Shown here one piece after another: positions 24,631-38,600 of a stretch of DNA of 64,000 nucleotides (positions are counted from its first letter, which is position 1; each line of letters begins with the position of its first letter). The translations under genes and the position numbers were made by a program. The notes below the pieces were generated by a model that was given only the letters and a program-made list of their open reading frames with translations, searched no databases and was not told the origin of the DNA. The DNA is taken from assembly GCA_043228905.1 (NCBI GenBank), contig JBHGNT010000007.1, positions 2,046,001 through 2,110,000 of the forward strand, written 5' to 3'. This DNA comes from Azolla caroliniana. Taxonomy: Eukaryota > Plantae > Polypodiophyta.

Positions 24631-26530
24631 ATTCATATTGAAGTGGAATTGCATGGATTTCAGGAATCCAAGAATGTATATAATGAAATGAAATAGGTTT
24701 ATTATAATTTCTTTATTAATTGAAGGTATTTGAGTTTTTTCTACACCTTTGTGTGGGTTAGTGACATTTCTTAATAATCCCCAATGCTGTGCATAAAAAG
24801 CTATATGTATCCTTTCTGATCTTAGATGAGTTCTAACCGGCATCATGTTGGTGTCAATGTTTATTGAATCATCAAAATTATTCTATCATCTCTTGTTTGT
24901 GAATTCCTCCCCTAGTTACTTGCGAATAATCTTTGTACCCATCACTTTTCTTCAAATTGAAGGTAAAAAAAACAAAGATTCTGAAAGAATGAAAACCAAT
25001 TTACAAGGGATGCCCTCTAAAATTAGACCCTCTCATACCCAAATGCTTTCTTGGACTCACGAGTTCAAGAAATGAATAAAAAGTTGTGGCTATGCAACTA
25101 ATGGCACAATGTCCAAGAGGATTTCTTATATTTTTAGCAATACATGAACCACACACTTGGATTGATCGTCGAGTATCACATACCCAAAGAGTCTAACTAA
25201 AAAGAAACATCTAATCTTTCACATAATGAGAAAGTGTTCATAATAATTTAAAATTGGCGGTTGAGTTCCTTTGAATAAAGAACAATCATTCATAGCTTGG
25301 GATGGCCAATGATGCTGGTGCATTCATTATTCTTGGAATGAACAAAGTACACTCGTTGATTTCCACAATTATGTTCTTATAGTCATTTATATTTGTCAGA
25401 CTTGTTATTTCTGGTCTACGTCTTGTAAAAAACAAGTTTTAGGGTTCTTCAACTTGATCAATCAAGTCAATGACTTGGTGGATAAAAAGCCTAAACCAAT
25501 TACAATGGAGAGTGACTCGGCACCATTATATAGGTTTAAATGCAAGGATATGGCCTTGTCAGTGATGCCATAGGTGTCTCAAATTTCCTAATAGAGGATT
25601 AAGGACATGCTTTGTTGTGCTCCACTGCCATTGGGTGGGATTTGTTTTTTCAGAATAAATATGACTTTTTTAGCATAGACTCCCAAATGTCATAATGGAA
25701 TTTCATAGGATAGATAGAGCCATATGTTAAGATGAACCCCTTAACAACATGATGGAGATAGCGTGGCCTAGACTAGCTCATTCCTAATGGTGACCCCATC
25801 AAGGAAAATTTGAAAGACTGTGATGCAATTGATCCAATGAAGTAGTATTGGACACAACTGGAAAATTATGAAACCGCTTATGAAGAAAATGTGTAAGTGT
25901 CCTGTATGTACTGCCGACTCACCTTATGGGTAACAAAATTGACGTGGGGGATGTATATGTATATATTCACAATATGCACACATACCCATTTCAAATTCGT
26001 TAAGTACATGCAAAGCCATGGATTGGACCCACAAGTTGGATCCACAAACATACACTTACACTATCTTTTTTTAGCAATAGAAATAATACGCACATGCATA
26101 GAAGGTGTGTGCACCATGACCCATTCCCTCATACTTCTTCATCATTATTTTTTCGTCATCGAGGTTCCACATGCATGGTGCGAAGCATATGTCGACAAAA
26201 ATGTCAAAAAAGTAGAATGGGTTGGCCCTAGCTTTGATTAATGTCAACAAGGACAACATCCACTAAGTGTTGATTAATGTCAAAGCACCAATAGGTAGAT
26301 TTTTATGATTGTCTAGAGGGTTCAAAATAAGACCTAGGGTGTGGGGGCAAGCCATAAGTGTGAAATGCACGCCAAGGATAAGAAATAGGAATGATGGGTG
26401 AGGAGATCATATGGGTCACATGAGAGAGTGTCAAGAATAGTGTCAAGAATGTAGTGCCTTGCATTGTGGACAATGTCAAGTTTTGCTGAATTAATATCAG
26501 TAAAGAGGATTAAGAAGGCTTCAGATCACC

Positions 26531-27857
26531 ATGACAAGGGGGTTGGAGATTTTGGATGTGGTCCTGGTGCCCGCCGGCGTGTTGATGTTGTTGGTCTATC
26601 AAGCGCAGCTCGCGTACCGAGTTCGCTACCACCCAACGACAACCGTGTTGGGCATCAACCATATTAATCGCCAAGCATGGGTCCGAGTCATGATGCAGGT
26701 TAGGTTTTCTCATCAAATTACTACTCATCATGATTTTGTAGATGTCAATCATGATGCATCTAGTGTACCCTGTTCTTGGGAGAATTGAGGAAGAAATGAA
26801 ATGAAAATGGTATTAGGATTAGAGCCATTCTTCGAAAAGGCCGAAATGTCCTATGTATGAGATCAAAGAAGTTTTGCATCCAATGGAATGTGCGCTCATC
26901 ATCATGAGATCGGGCATGGATTAGGTCCCTTTCTCCCTCTCTCTCATATTCACATAGATATCGTCCATGGTAAACTGCCGGAGTCGAGCATGCTCCGTGG
27001 CACATGATACATACATACATACTACTATGTATGTATGTATGTATGTATGGATTGATTGATTCTCCAGATCCATCTCGATGTCATTATTCACAGTGAGATT
27101 TACATGTTATTGACAAGGATAGAACAGGGTCAAACAGGACCTCTAGAGGTTTAATGGTGTTTGACCATGTCTTCCTGGGGTTTGGTCCCAATAGGAGAAG
27201 TCAAATATGACCTCTAGAGAATGTGAAAAATGTGCATTGAAACTTGGTCTCTTAACACATGGATTGATGGACTTATTAATATGATAAAAAATGCAGGACA
27301 GCTTGAAGAACGGGGTACTCTCGGTCCAAACCATACGCAACGAGATCATGGCATCGGCATTGCTGGCTACGGCCGCGATCACACTCTGCGCAATCATCGC
27401 CACTCTGATCGGCACGGTCGGTAGCGATAGCTTCGAGGTCACGAGCCTATTGCTCGGGGACAAGAGAAAGGGGACCACATCTATCAAGTTCCTATGTATC
27501 TTGATATGTTTCCTCGTGGCCTTCATGTGCAATATCCAATCTGTGAGGTATTATAGCCATGTAAGCTTCCTCATTAGCATACCCCTCGGTCCCGATGCAC
27601 CCGGCCTCGACCCCCACTATGTCAACAATGCCATGTCTCGGGGTGCCCAATTTTGGTCGCTCGGGTTACGCGCGTTCTATCTCTCGTTTCCCATGTTCTT
27701 GTGGCTCTTTGGCCCCATCCCCATGTTCTTGTGCTCGTTGATCCTCACCGTTCTCCTCCATTTCCTGGACACCGCGACCGACTTCAAGACAACTTTGCAT
27801 GGTTCGCGAGAAGCGCATGAAGAGAATGAGTTGTTACCCATCCACAATTCGAACTAG
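26531..27857 (+). CDS. DUF599-family membrane protein, copy B (exons 26531-26698, 27297-27857)
   Basis: Near-identical protein to copy A, same intron position; 3' flank (~27860-28700) is also homologous to the copy A flank. Confidence 0.9.
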
Positions 27858-29178
27858 TTGAAGCCAAAAGAACTATTTCCTTGTTATGTGTTTTTAAGTC
27901 TCTTCTATGGATATCAAGATCATAGCTGGACATGTGTGCCATGAGTAAGTTCACTTCTTCTTGGTTTATTTAATTATTCTTAAGACATTCATTTGATGCA
28001 ACATTAAGAAAAATAATGCAAAAAGACTATGGAGTGTGATCAAAACCCCTAATATTAGATCTCAGTCAAATGTTTCGGAAGTTCATCAAGGCGATGAGAT
28101 GTCTCGAAATTGAGTACTTCATTGATTATGTTGTTCTATACAACACTACAGATTATTGAAGTTGTTTGTAACCACGAATATATCCTATCATTACGAGGCT
28201 TTCTTGGATGTGTGGCATGATTCCAAAGCTTCATATTCAAGTTCTTGTGTTGTATGTGTGGGATTTGGATCTTAGTAATCCATGAATACGTATAGTGAAG
28301 TGAAATGGGCTTGGGATAAACATTCTATTTATGAAATATATGCAAGTTCTTTTTATATCTCTAAATGGGTTGCAATTTTTCTTACCATATGAAATGAATG
28401 AAAAAGCTATCTAAATATCCTTTCTTCTATGAGTTGGAAGTGTTTCACTTTTTGTTATATTGTGGAGTTTTCCTTGATCTCATTGTATTTTTTGCCAAAT
28501 TGTTGTCATCCTTCATTTATGAGTTCCCATCATGTTGCAAATTCTCCTTGATCCAATTGATATTCTTTACAATTATTGAAGGTAAAAAAAAAACAAATTT
28601 ACAGAAAAAGGAAAACCAATTTACAAGGGAAGTACCTCGAAAATTATTTGGACTTTGTCGCACCTTAAGAAATGTTTAAGCTACAAGTTCAAGACACATG
28701 TAGTAAAAATGGCACTACAAGAATCTTCAAGACGATTAGTTATCTTTAAAGTAGTACATACATCACACACTAAATGTTTTTTCAAATGAATGGAATTCTC
28801 TTCCTTTTGTAGCAAGATCACTATCTTGAAGGATCTCACACTCTACTTAAATTGTTTTTACAGTTGCAAGGTTGTATCATGTTACCATTCATACTTTGAT
28901 ACCATATGCTTGGCAACAGTTCACAACGTTGTAAACATACAATTCACAACGATTCTTGATCCCAACAATTGTGAGAAGTTAAGATCACCAAGAATCTCTC
29001 AATGCTCTATCATCGCATCACCACTTGGGACGTTCACAAGATTGATATCCATATGTGGGAAACTATGCACCATAAGCTCTCAGAAGCCATACCCTCCATT
29101 TCTCGCATCCATCTTCTTCACCATCGTTGGCAATGGGGACCGTGGTCTTCTTATTCGATGACATTGTCTAATTTTTCG

Positions 29179-29275
29179 GAGAGAGAGAGAGAGAGAGAGA
29201 GAGAAAAGAAGAAGAAGAAAAGAAGAAGAAGAAAAGAAGAAGAAGAAAAGAAGAAGAAGAAGAAGAAGAAGAAGA
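29179..29275. repeat. (GA)n/(GAA)n microsatellite
   Basis: Directly visible. Confidence 0.95.
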
Positions 29276-29379
29276 ATGGCCTTTTGAACAACAATATCAA
29301 CATTTCGTATTCCAAAAGGTTATACATTTATTTGGGATAAGTTTTAAGGAATAGTATTTTCATATGAGCTAATTCTTGA

Positions 29380-30060
29380 TTTAGATGGGGGATCACAAGA
29401 GCTTGATTGGGTGTTTGTTGGAGATAAGAGATTGTCTATGATCTCAACAAATGATTCTTATCACAAGTTGATTAACAAACATAAGTGGATGGAAGAAAGG
29501 GTTATAAAAATATGGGGTTTTCGTAAGCCCATTACCTGGTGGTCTCATGTGACCAAGGTAGGTTGGTGTTCTCGATTGATGCTACAAGCTAAGGTATTCA
29601 TTTGGAGAGTTATGGTCAGAGCTTTTACCATTGGGGGATGCATTAAAGGAACATGTTTCTTTTGTTCAGTAGAATTGGAACATAACAGACATTTATTTCT
29701 TTCATGCCTGATGGTAAGGATGGTTTGAACGTGTACATTAGTGTGGATGTCTTTAACTGGAGTAAGCCGAGCTTCCTTTAGTTGGGTTTTTGCACATATG
29801 GAGAATAATGAACTAATGCCCCATTTCCAAATTATTTTTGAGTTCGTTAGGTATGTATTGCAGGCTATGGTTCAATTGGAATATTCGGAATGGCTTCATT
29901 AAATTTAATTTGCAAGTTGGGGTAAGAAAATATATTGTAAAGTTAAAAGGACTTCTTTTGTGGAATTTGATAATGCTAGAAAAGTCACAAAATCTTCACC
30001 ATGAAGAGAAAGAACTGTGGAAGGTCACATATCATCATATTCACCATTTCAATTGGTGAG
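29380..30060 (+). mobile_element. Decayed L1-like LINE 3' remnant (zf-RVT region)
   Basis: AKVFIWRVM...CFFC..ELEHNRHLFLSC..VRMV(W) followed by LWFNWNIRN. Confidence 0.75.
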
Positions 30061-33000
30061 AGGCTGTAACTTGGGCTTTCAGACTTCGATTCATTAATAG
30101 AAAATCCTACATGCTTCTCATCGTAAGCTCTAGATGGAAAATGTACTTCTAAAGATTTTTACCATTGTTTCGATATTGAAGCCTCAACTTCACGACAATG
30201 TTGATCTCTTCAGCCATAGTCTTGATGTTGGTAATGTTTACAAATATTCAGTTTATTTAATGTTGTGATTAATTATGATGATCTTCTGTGCACTTATATA
30301 GATTAATAGGTGAAGCATATGTGTTTCTATATATAGCATATTGGATTATAAATACTAAATTTTTGATGATGTGTGTGTCAACAATTAGAGAGAGTGTGTG
30401 TGTGCATGTGTATATTGGATGTTCTTTTTCAACAATTGAGTTTCCTTTTCAACTCCAATATCCTCTATTCAGCTATGTGTTCAATTATGGGACATTCTAC
30501 ACGAGAGTATTGATTTTAAAAACAATCCTAAAAAAATCATTACATTTGGGTTTTATTATGATTTTTATTAACCAAATTGCAAAGTTCATAAATTATATAC
30601 ATTAGATAACATTAAAACTTTGTAAATTTCATCTTATTTGTTTTGGAACTTTTATTGATTTAAAAAAAAGAGCCACTTTCCCATTAATTAGGATATTTTT
30701 ACAAAAAGATTATAGGAGAAATCAGGGAATTACCCCGGCTGAGTTCAAGAATATGAGACTCCGTACATATCCTCTCTTACTTTCTACTCATGTAAGTAGC
30801 TTACTTTCTACTAGTGGAAGTAGGTATCTAGAGCTATAAATCGTCAACTAGCATGAGCCCGATCCCCTAGCCTTTAACGATAGGAGAGTGGGAGCTGAGT
30901 AGGAAATAGCCAATGTGGGGATGGTAGTTCCACCTCGGGTCGTTTCCTCCTTGCGTCACCATCAACGTGTTCCTCCATTTCTGTCAAAAGAGGATAGTGA
31001 CCATGCCGTTGAACTTTTTGCAAATCTCATCCAGTTGCCCTCATTTTGGAACTTTATATATATATTAGATCTAATTTAATGTAATATGTTTCTTATGTTA
31101 GTTTACAAAGTTTTGAAAAGTAAATATTGGACGACCCTGATTGTCTAGCATTCCCGAGACGAGTTTAGGGCCGTCGAAGCCCTAGATGCACAAGCTTCAC
31201 CTATTTAACGATATTATATCAAATAGTGATGAGGCAATGGTTGGGAACGCTGTCTTCTAATGTGGAACAAGATCAACACTCTTCTAGGATAAGATCGTAA
31301 ATGGATGCAAGATCATGGCTTTGATGGTAGCAAAGACAGAAAATAAAACAACTAGTACGCAAGAGAGAGAATTAGAAACCCGTATTCAACACTCCCCTGT
31401 AATGGGCGTATACATCCGAAATCTGTAATCCGAAATGAATGTGCAATACAAATTGATATAAGGTTTACGAACAATTGAGAATTCGTTCCAGTCGGTGAAC
31501 TCCGAAGAGCAGAAGGCCGGATTGGCCGAGTTCGGAGAGACTGAAGCCGAAGTTCGAACTATCCAGGTCTATTGTTTGAGAAACATCCTGAGTGTCCGAT
31601 TTAATGGGATTGATTCTTCATTACGCCCATTCGATGCCGAAGGGATCGAAATTGATCCACCGGGAGACACTTGGTCATTGCATCCGCAACATTATCGGCT
31701 ATAGGTACCTTCTCAAGGTCGATTTTCCCTGAAATGACACAGTCCCGAACGAAATGATATTGAACATCGATATGCTTGGAGGCGTTGTGATGAACCAGAT
31801 TTTTTGACAGAGCAACAACACCATGATAGTCAATGTAAACAATAGGAGCCGAGTCGATTTCGGCTTGTTGAAACATGCAAGCTAGCCGACTGAGCCATAA
31901 GGCGTCTTTCACCGCATCGGATGTGGCTACGTATTCAGCCTCGGTCGTTGATGTGGCGGTGCATTCTTGAAGTTTTGCATTCCACGAGATCGCTCCATTG
32001 CCGAGTTTAAAACAATATCCGGTTGTTGATTTACGACTATCTATGCAAGCTGCAAAATCTGAGTCGGTGTATCCGACTACGCTTGAGATGTCGATCGGGC
32101 TGAACAGAATACCAAGGTCTTTTGTGCCCACCAGATATCTAAATACATGCTTGACTGCGTTCCAGTGCGATCAGCCGGGATTATGCATAAATCTGCCGGC
32201 GACTCCAACGGCGTGGGCGATATCAAGCCGTGTTGCGACCATGGCATACATTAGGGAGCCAACTGCCGGTGCATTTGGTACCGACTTCATAATTTCCCCC
32301 TCCGTACCGGATGTCGAGCAGTCTCGCCTAGATAGTTGAGTACTAATAGGGAGCGGGGTAGAGTTAGATTTTGCCGATTACGTGTTGAAGCGTTCTAGGA
32401 CACGTCCAATATAGTCGGATTGGGATAGAAACAATTGTCGTTGATTACGATTCTGACTTATCTTCATACCAAGAATGTGTCGTGCCGGACCGAGATCCTT
32501 CATGGCAAACTTCAACCGCCGTTGCCGAACGAGTTCGGCGAGTTCGCCTACATGGCGTCTAGAGATTAGCATGACGGCCACGTAGATGATGAGGAAGATG
32601 GGTGATCCATCTCGACCTGTCTTCATGAAGAGACAATGGTCCTCATCGCTCTTTGAGAAGCCGATCGATTGGATGAAGTCGTTGAACTTCTTGTACCATT
32701 GTCGTGGTGCTTGCTTCAAGCCATACAGACTCTTCCTGAGTCGGCATATTAGATGTTCTTGGCCGGATGCCACAAAGCCTTTCAATTGCTCCATATAAAT
32801 TTCCTCCTCAAGATCACCATGGAGGAAAGCCGTTTTGACATTTAGCTGAATCAGCTCCAAGTTTTCGGCTGCCACTACGCCGAGCATTAATCAAAGGGTT
32901 GTCATTTTCACCATTGGCGAAAAAGTTTCGTTGAAATTGACGCCGTGTTCTTGTCGAAAACCCTTTGCTACTAATTTGGCTTTGAATTTTGGGTTGGCCG

Positions 33001-35189
33001 AATTAGACGTCTCCTTAATTCGATAGACCCACTTGCACGGAAGGGCACGCCGATTTTTCGGTAATTCGACCAAGTCCCAAGTCTTGTTTGCATGAATGGA
33101 GTTCATTTTGGACTCCATTGCCAGATGCCAGGTGGCCGAATCGGCTGACACCAATGCTTCTTCATATGACATCGGTTTGCCAACGTCTGTAAAGAAGATA
33201 CCAGGAGAGTATCTCTCCGGGGGTTGCGACAGTCTCTCGGATCTTTGAGCTATGACTGGACTAGTCACATCGGGTGTCGTAGTCGGATGGTCCAAAGCCG
33301 AACTGTTCGGCTGTGCCGAGTCGAAATTCTTCGAGTCGGTGTTAGGATGTTCAGCAACCCGTGAAGTTGACCGTGTGTTGTGTGTTGGGCCTTCATGAAG
33401 GGTTGGCACATCGGAAAAAATTACCCTTCAGACTTCGATCGGTTTTTCGACCGATTGATGGATGGACGATTCATTGAAGACAACGTCCGAACTTCGGACG
33501 ATTTGTCTGTGTTCGGGCTCCCAGAGTCGATATCCCATTTCGCCATCTGTTCCATAACCGAGGAAAATACATTTCCTGGACCTTGGTGCAAGTTTGCGGT
33601 GGTCATCTTTCCGGATGAGCGTGTACGCCTCGCATTTGAAAATCCTTAGCTTGTCGTAATTCGGCCTATTGCCGGTCCATAGTTCCTGAGGGATCCGAAG
33701 TCCTAGAGGCCTGCTCGACGACATATTGACCATGTGTACTGCCGTAAGTAGGGCCTTTGCCCAGAAGCCATCCGACATTCCAGAGTGTTGGAGCATGGAA
33801 ACTATCCTTTCTTGAATTGTCCAATTCATTCACTTGGCAATTCCATTCTGCTCCGGACTGTGGGGTGTCCTAAATTCACGTCTGATGCCACGTTGTCGGT
33901 AAAATTTGACAAATTCCTCTGATTTGAACTCTCCCCCGTTATCGGACCGAAAGCTTTTCAGTTTTCGGCCGAACTAATTCTCAACCATGTCGAGCCAACT
34001 GGAAAAGATCGAGAAAACACGATCTTTGGTTTTGATTGGATAAGCCCACACCTTCCGAGTCGAGTCGTCAGTGAAGCTGACGAAATACAGAGTGCCGCCA
34101 AGGGATTGATGTGGCATGGGACCACATACGTTCGAGTGGACCAAATCGAGCGGACTCGATTCTCTCTGGGAGATGAAGGGTGTGTTACGGCTATCTGCTT
34201 GCCATATTGACAATGCTCGCAGAACTGATGATCTGAGAAGGAGATTTTGGGGATGTATCCGGCTCTAGATAAGTGCGTGATGCTGACCTTGCTGAGGTGT
34301 CCGAGTCGTCCGTGCCAAAGTGATGACACGGGAATGTCAACCAAAAACAGGTCACCCTCTCTAAGTGTGACGTGCAAAGGATACAATGAGTGTATCTTCG
34401 GTCCTTGAGCAAGCAAGAGGTTCCCTTTGTGGAGTGTCCACCCTCCTTATGAGAAGCCAACACGGATGCCCTCTTCATCCAATTGTCCGACTGAGATCAG
34501 TGGTCGTGAGAGATCAGGTACGTGTCAGACATTGTGTAGTACTAATGTAGAGCCACCCACAAGGTTGAGCTCTACCGTGCTGATTCCAATTATGTCGCAA
34601 TGTTGCGAATTTCCTACCCGAACTGAGTCGGAATGTCGGACCATGTATTGCCGAAATTGGGATCGATGAGGAGTCACATGAAAAGTCGCACCCGAATCTA
34701 AGAGCCACGTGCTCGATTCTTCAGTCGCAAGCAAAACCTCTGATTTGACTGGGTTCTCAATTGATAGTATATTCAGGTTATTTGATAGTACGTCAGCTGA
34801 AGAACTGACGTAGTTGATCTCCTCGTGCCAACCACTCTTCTTGTCGGCTCGCTGAGCCTTGTCGTTTTTTTCTTGAGAGTACGGCAATCGGCTTTGATGT
34901 GTCCAGGTTTCTTGTAGTAGTTGCATACTCGATTATCCCGTGATTGGCTCTGTCTTCGCTGATTGTTCGGCTACAATGAAGAGTCCCTTCCACGGTTGTT
35001 CGATCGGTCAGTCGAACCTTGTACTACGTAAGCGTCATTGGCCGAGTCGTTCGCAAATGATTTTCTCCGAGCTACTTCAGTTAGAATAGCACTCGTGACT
35101 GAGGAGTACTTGACTGCCGTAGTTGACGCATTGCACACGGTGGTAACGAAAGTTTTGTTAGGATCTCGGTCCCTCCGGATGGGATACGA

Positions 35190-35590
35190 AGGCCCGGTGA
35201 GAACAAGATGTGAAGTACCCGGCAACGGAAGACCTAGAGTGAGAACCGGATGTGAAGTACCCGGCAATGGAAGACCCGGTGAGAACCGGATGTGGAGTAC
35301 CAGCAACGGAAGAACCGGATGTGGAGTACCGGCAACGGAAGAACCGGATGTGGAGTACCGGCAACGGAAGAACCGGTGAGAACTGGATGTGGAGTACCTG
35401 GCAAGGAGGACCCGGTGAGAACCGGATGACGAGTACTTGGCAAGGAAGACCCGGTGAGAACCGGATGACGAGTACTCGGCAAGGAAGACCCGGTGAGAAC
35501 CAGATGATGCAGACCCGATGATAACCGGATGACGAGTACCTGGCAAGGAAGACCTGGTGAGAACCGGATGTTGCAGGCCCGGTGAGAACC
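35190..35590 (+). repeat. GC-rich minisatellite (~11 units of ~29-40 bp) in solo LTR B
   Basis: Core ccggtgagaaccggatg.ggagtac.ggcaa(c)ggaaga repeated head-to-tail. Confidence 0.9.
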
Positions 35591-35667
35591 TCTCATCGGA
35601 TGGAAGGGACATATATGTAAATATGTTCCAGAGAGCCCATTGGGCCTATATTTGTAAATAGCTCAAG

Positions 35668-38600
35668 CGTATACTGTGTAAGCTCAAGGTCTCCATTAAA
35701 CCTGAGTGTTCTCCCTTCTGTTCTGTCTTTATACTTGCTTCCGCACGCTACTTTTTACATGGTATCAGAGTGTGAGGGTTGAGAACCTCTCTGCAGCCGA
35801 CACAACTTGACGAAGAAGAACAAGAAGAACGATGGATAGAGGCATGGCGAGCTCGCTTCCAACAGAGAAGCTCGACAGAACCAACTACGCGTCTTGGTCC
35901 TACAAGATGCACCAATACCTGCTCGGGCACGACTACTGGAGTTATGTCGAAGGAGCTAATGACGCGGCACCCGAATCGACACACAGAGACTTTCCGTCGT
36001 GGGAGCAATTGGCGAGCAGGGTATTATACTGCTTCGCGTCGTGTGTGGGCGAACAACTATTGAGCTATGTTCGGGATGCAAAGACGCCGAAGGGTGCGTG
36101 GGAAAATCTGAAGAAGATTTTCGCCGCGAGCACCACAACCAGGAAGCTTCAGCTCCGATAGGAGTTGAGCAACCTACGACAACGCGACTTGTCGGTGGCG
36201 GACTATACCTCGAAGATCAAGGATATTTGCGACTCCCTCGCCTCCATAGAGGTGAACATCGAGGAGAGCGAGATGGTCCAGATCTGTCTCGGAGGTTTGG
36301 CGTCGAAGTTCGGAGCGTTCCGAACGGCTGTGTGTACCCGGGAGAATACGCCGTCCTTTTTCGACTTACAGTCGATGCTCCTGGTAGAGGAGAACCACGC
36401 GGGTGCGTCGACGAGCACGCACACCGACAGCAAGATGTTGTACACGGAGGGAGAAAGGCCCCATGGTCGTGGCGGACGAGGCGAGTCGGTACGCAATGGA
36501 AGCGGCCGACGAGATCAAGGAAGAAGGCACCGAAGTGATGCCGACAGCAACTCCGGACCCTCCGGAAACAGGGGAAGTCGAAGCGATGAGAACCGGCAAG
36601 GGAAGGCCATCGCGGAGTGCTGGTACTATGGCAAGAAAGGCCACAGGGAAAGTGAGTGCTGGAAGAAGCGCGCCGATTCGGAGAGAACCGGTTCCGGAAA
36701 CGGCTCCAGACATACCTACAAGGGAAATCGGCAGCAATCGCACTACGCCGAAGACTCCGGGAGGGCCGAAGAAGGGTTTGCCTTCGTGACGAGACACGAA
36801 GCAAACTCAATGAAACAAAGCACCCCGAGATCGGACGAGGTGTGGTACGTAGACTCCGGCGCGTCAAACCACATGACGAGCCATAAGGAGTGGTTCTCGT
36901 ACCTTGAAAAACCGATACAACCTGGAGTAGTCGCAACTGGAGACGACACTCCGCATCCGATCGCGAATGTCGGAGAAATTCCCCTTAGCCACGTCGGGCA
37001 GAAAGGGAAACTCATGAACGTGCTGCACGTTCCGACAATCACGAAGAACTTGGTCTCGGTCGGATAGATCGTCAACCAAGGGATGGAGGTTCCGTTTACA
37101 CACCTCGGGTGCTTCATTGAGGAAGAAGGCCGTGTGATTGCGCAAGGGCGCAGAGACGGGAGGATGTTCATCCTCAACTCCACTGACGGCGGCACCGCAA
37201 TGTTCGCAAAGGGACAAAAAGCCGAGTCGGACATCGACTTGTGGCACAAGCGGATAGGCCACATCAACCACCAACGGCTTCAAGATCTACAATTGAAACA
37301 GGTAGTGTTCGGATTGCCCAAATTTAGTGGCCGAAAGGCACAAATTTGTGAAGCCTGCCAGCTCGGGAAGCAACATTGACTTCCTTTCCCCAACGAGCGA
37401 AACCGGAGCTGGAACAAGCTCGACCTTATACACTCCGATGTATGGGGGCCGACACAAAACGTTAGTCTTGGCGGGAGCCGATATTTCGTCTCCTTCATCG
37501 ACGACCACACGCGGCACACGTGGATCTACCTCATTGAGAGGAAGAGCGAAGTCTTCGACTGTTTCCGGGACCTCAAAGGGTTCGTGGAAACGGAAATGGG
37601 ACGAAAGATCAAGTGTCTGCGGTCGGATGGCGGGAAAGAGTACTTTTCCGGTCAATTCAACGGTTACCTACAACAAATGGGAATTTGCCGCGAATTCAGT
37701 TGTAGATACACGCCGGAGCAGAACGGTGTGGCCAAGAGAAAGAATCGGTCAGTTGTGGAAGCGGCACGGGCAATGCTGGAGGAGAAGAGCTTGCCCAAGT
37801 TCTATTGGGCCGAGGCGGTAAGGACCGCGGTATACATCCAGAACCGGATCGGAGACAAGGTGTCGGCGCACGAGCTATACTTCAGAACGAAGCCGAACTT
37901 ACGACACTTGAGGGTGTTCGGTAGCATTGCATATGTGCATATACCGAAGGAGAAAAGGAGGAAGCTGGACGCAAAGGCCGAGAGATGCATCTTGGTCGGT
38001 TACTCGGACGAGCAGAAGGGTTATATGTGCTATAACCCTCGCACCAAACAAGCGTGTCTCGGCCGCGACGTTGTGTTTGATGAGTCCGCGTCCTGGTACC
38101 TGTCCCCGACTACCAACCCCGACTCCAATCTGAGCTCTGACGATGAGGTCAGCGAGGCCGAGATGCCTCCGGATGAGCCCGAAATCGAGACCCGCGAAGA
38201 GAGTCCGATTTCGCTCCGTTTAAGTGGACCGATTGGACGATTGAGTTGGTACGACCAGTCCGATGAAGAGCCGGCGAATAGTGGAGACTCGGCCGTGCAT
38301 TCCCCGCGCAGGAAGCCAAGGAGACGGCTTACGCGCAAAGAGAAAGGGAAGAAGAAGGTGTTGGATTCCGGCATGGATAGGAACGAGTCAGACCGACGCG
38401 AGTCCGACTCTGAGGGAACCGGTGACAGGTCTTTAAAGATGAAGACCGCGTCGACCGAGAAGGCCTCGACATTGGCTGATGTGAGGTTACGCCGATCTAC
38501 CCGCCAGAAGAACCCCGTTTTGCGGTTCGGATACAACGAGTACATGGCGCATCATTATGCGTACATGACTCGTGTAGCGGAAGTGCGTGAGCCGGAGAGC

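Noticed and set aside
22080-25900. Coding-like patches at ~22124-22333 and ~25500-25900
   Set aside because: Short, interrupted by stops and not assignable to any family by eye
35190-35590. CRISPR-like appearance of ~30-40-bp repeats
   Set aside because: Head-to-tail units with no unique spacers, inside a eukaryotic LTR, no cas genes
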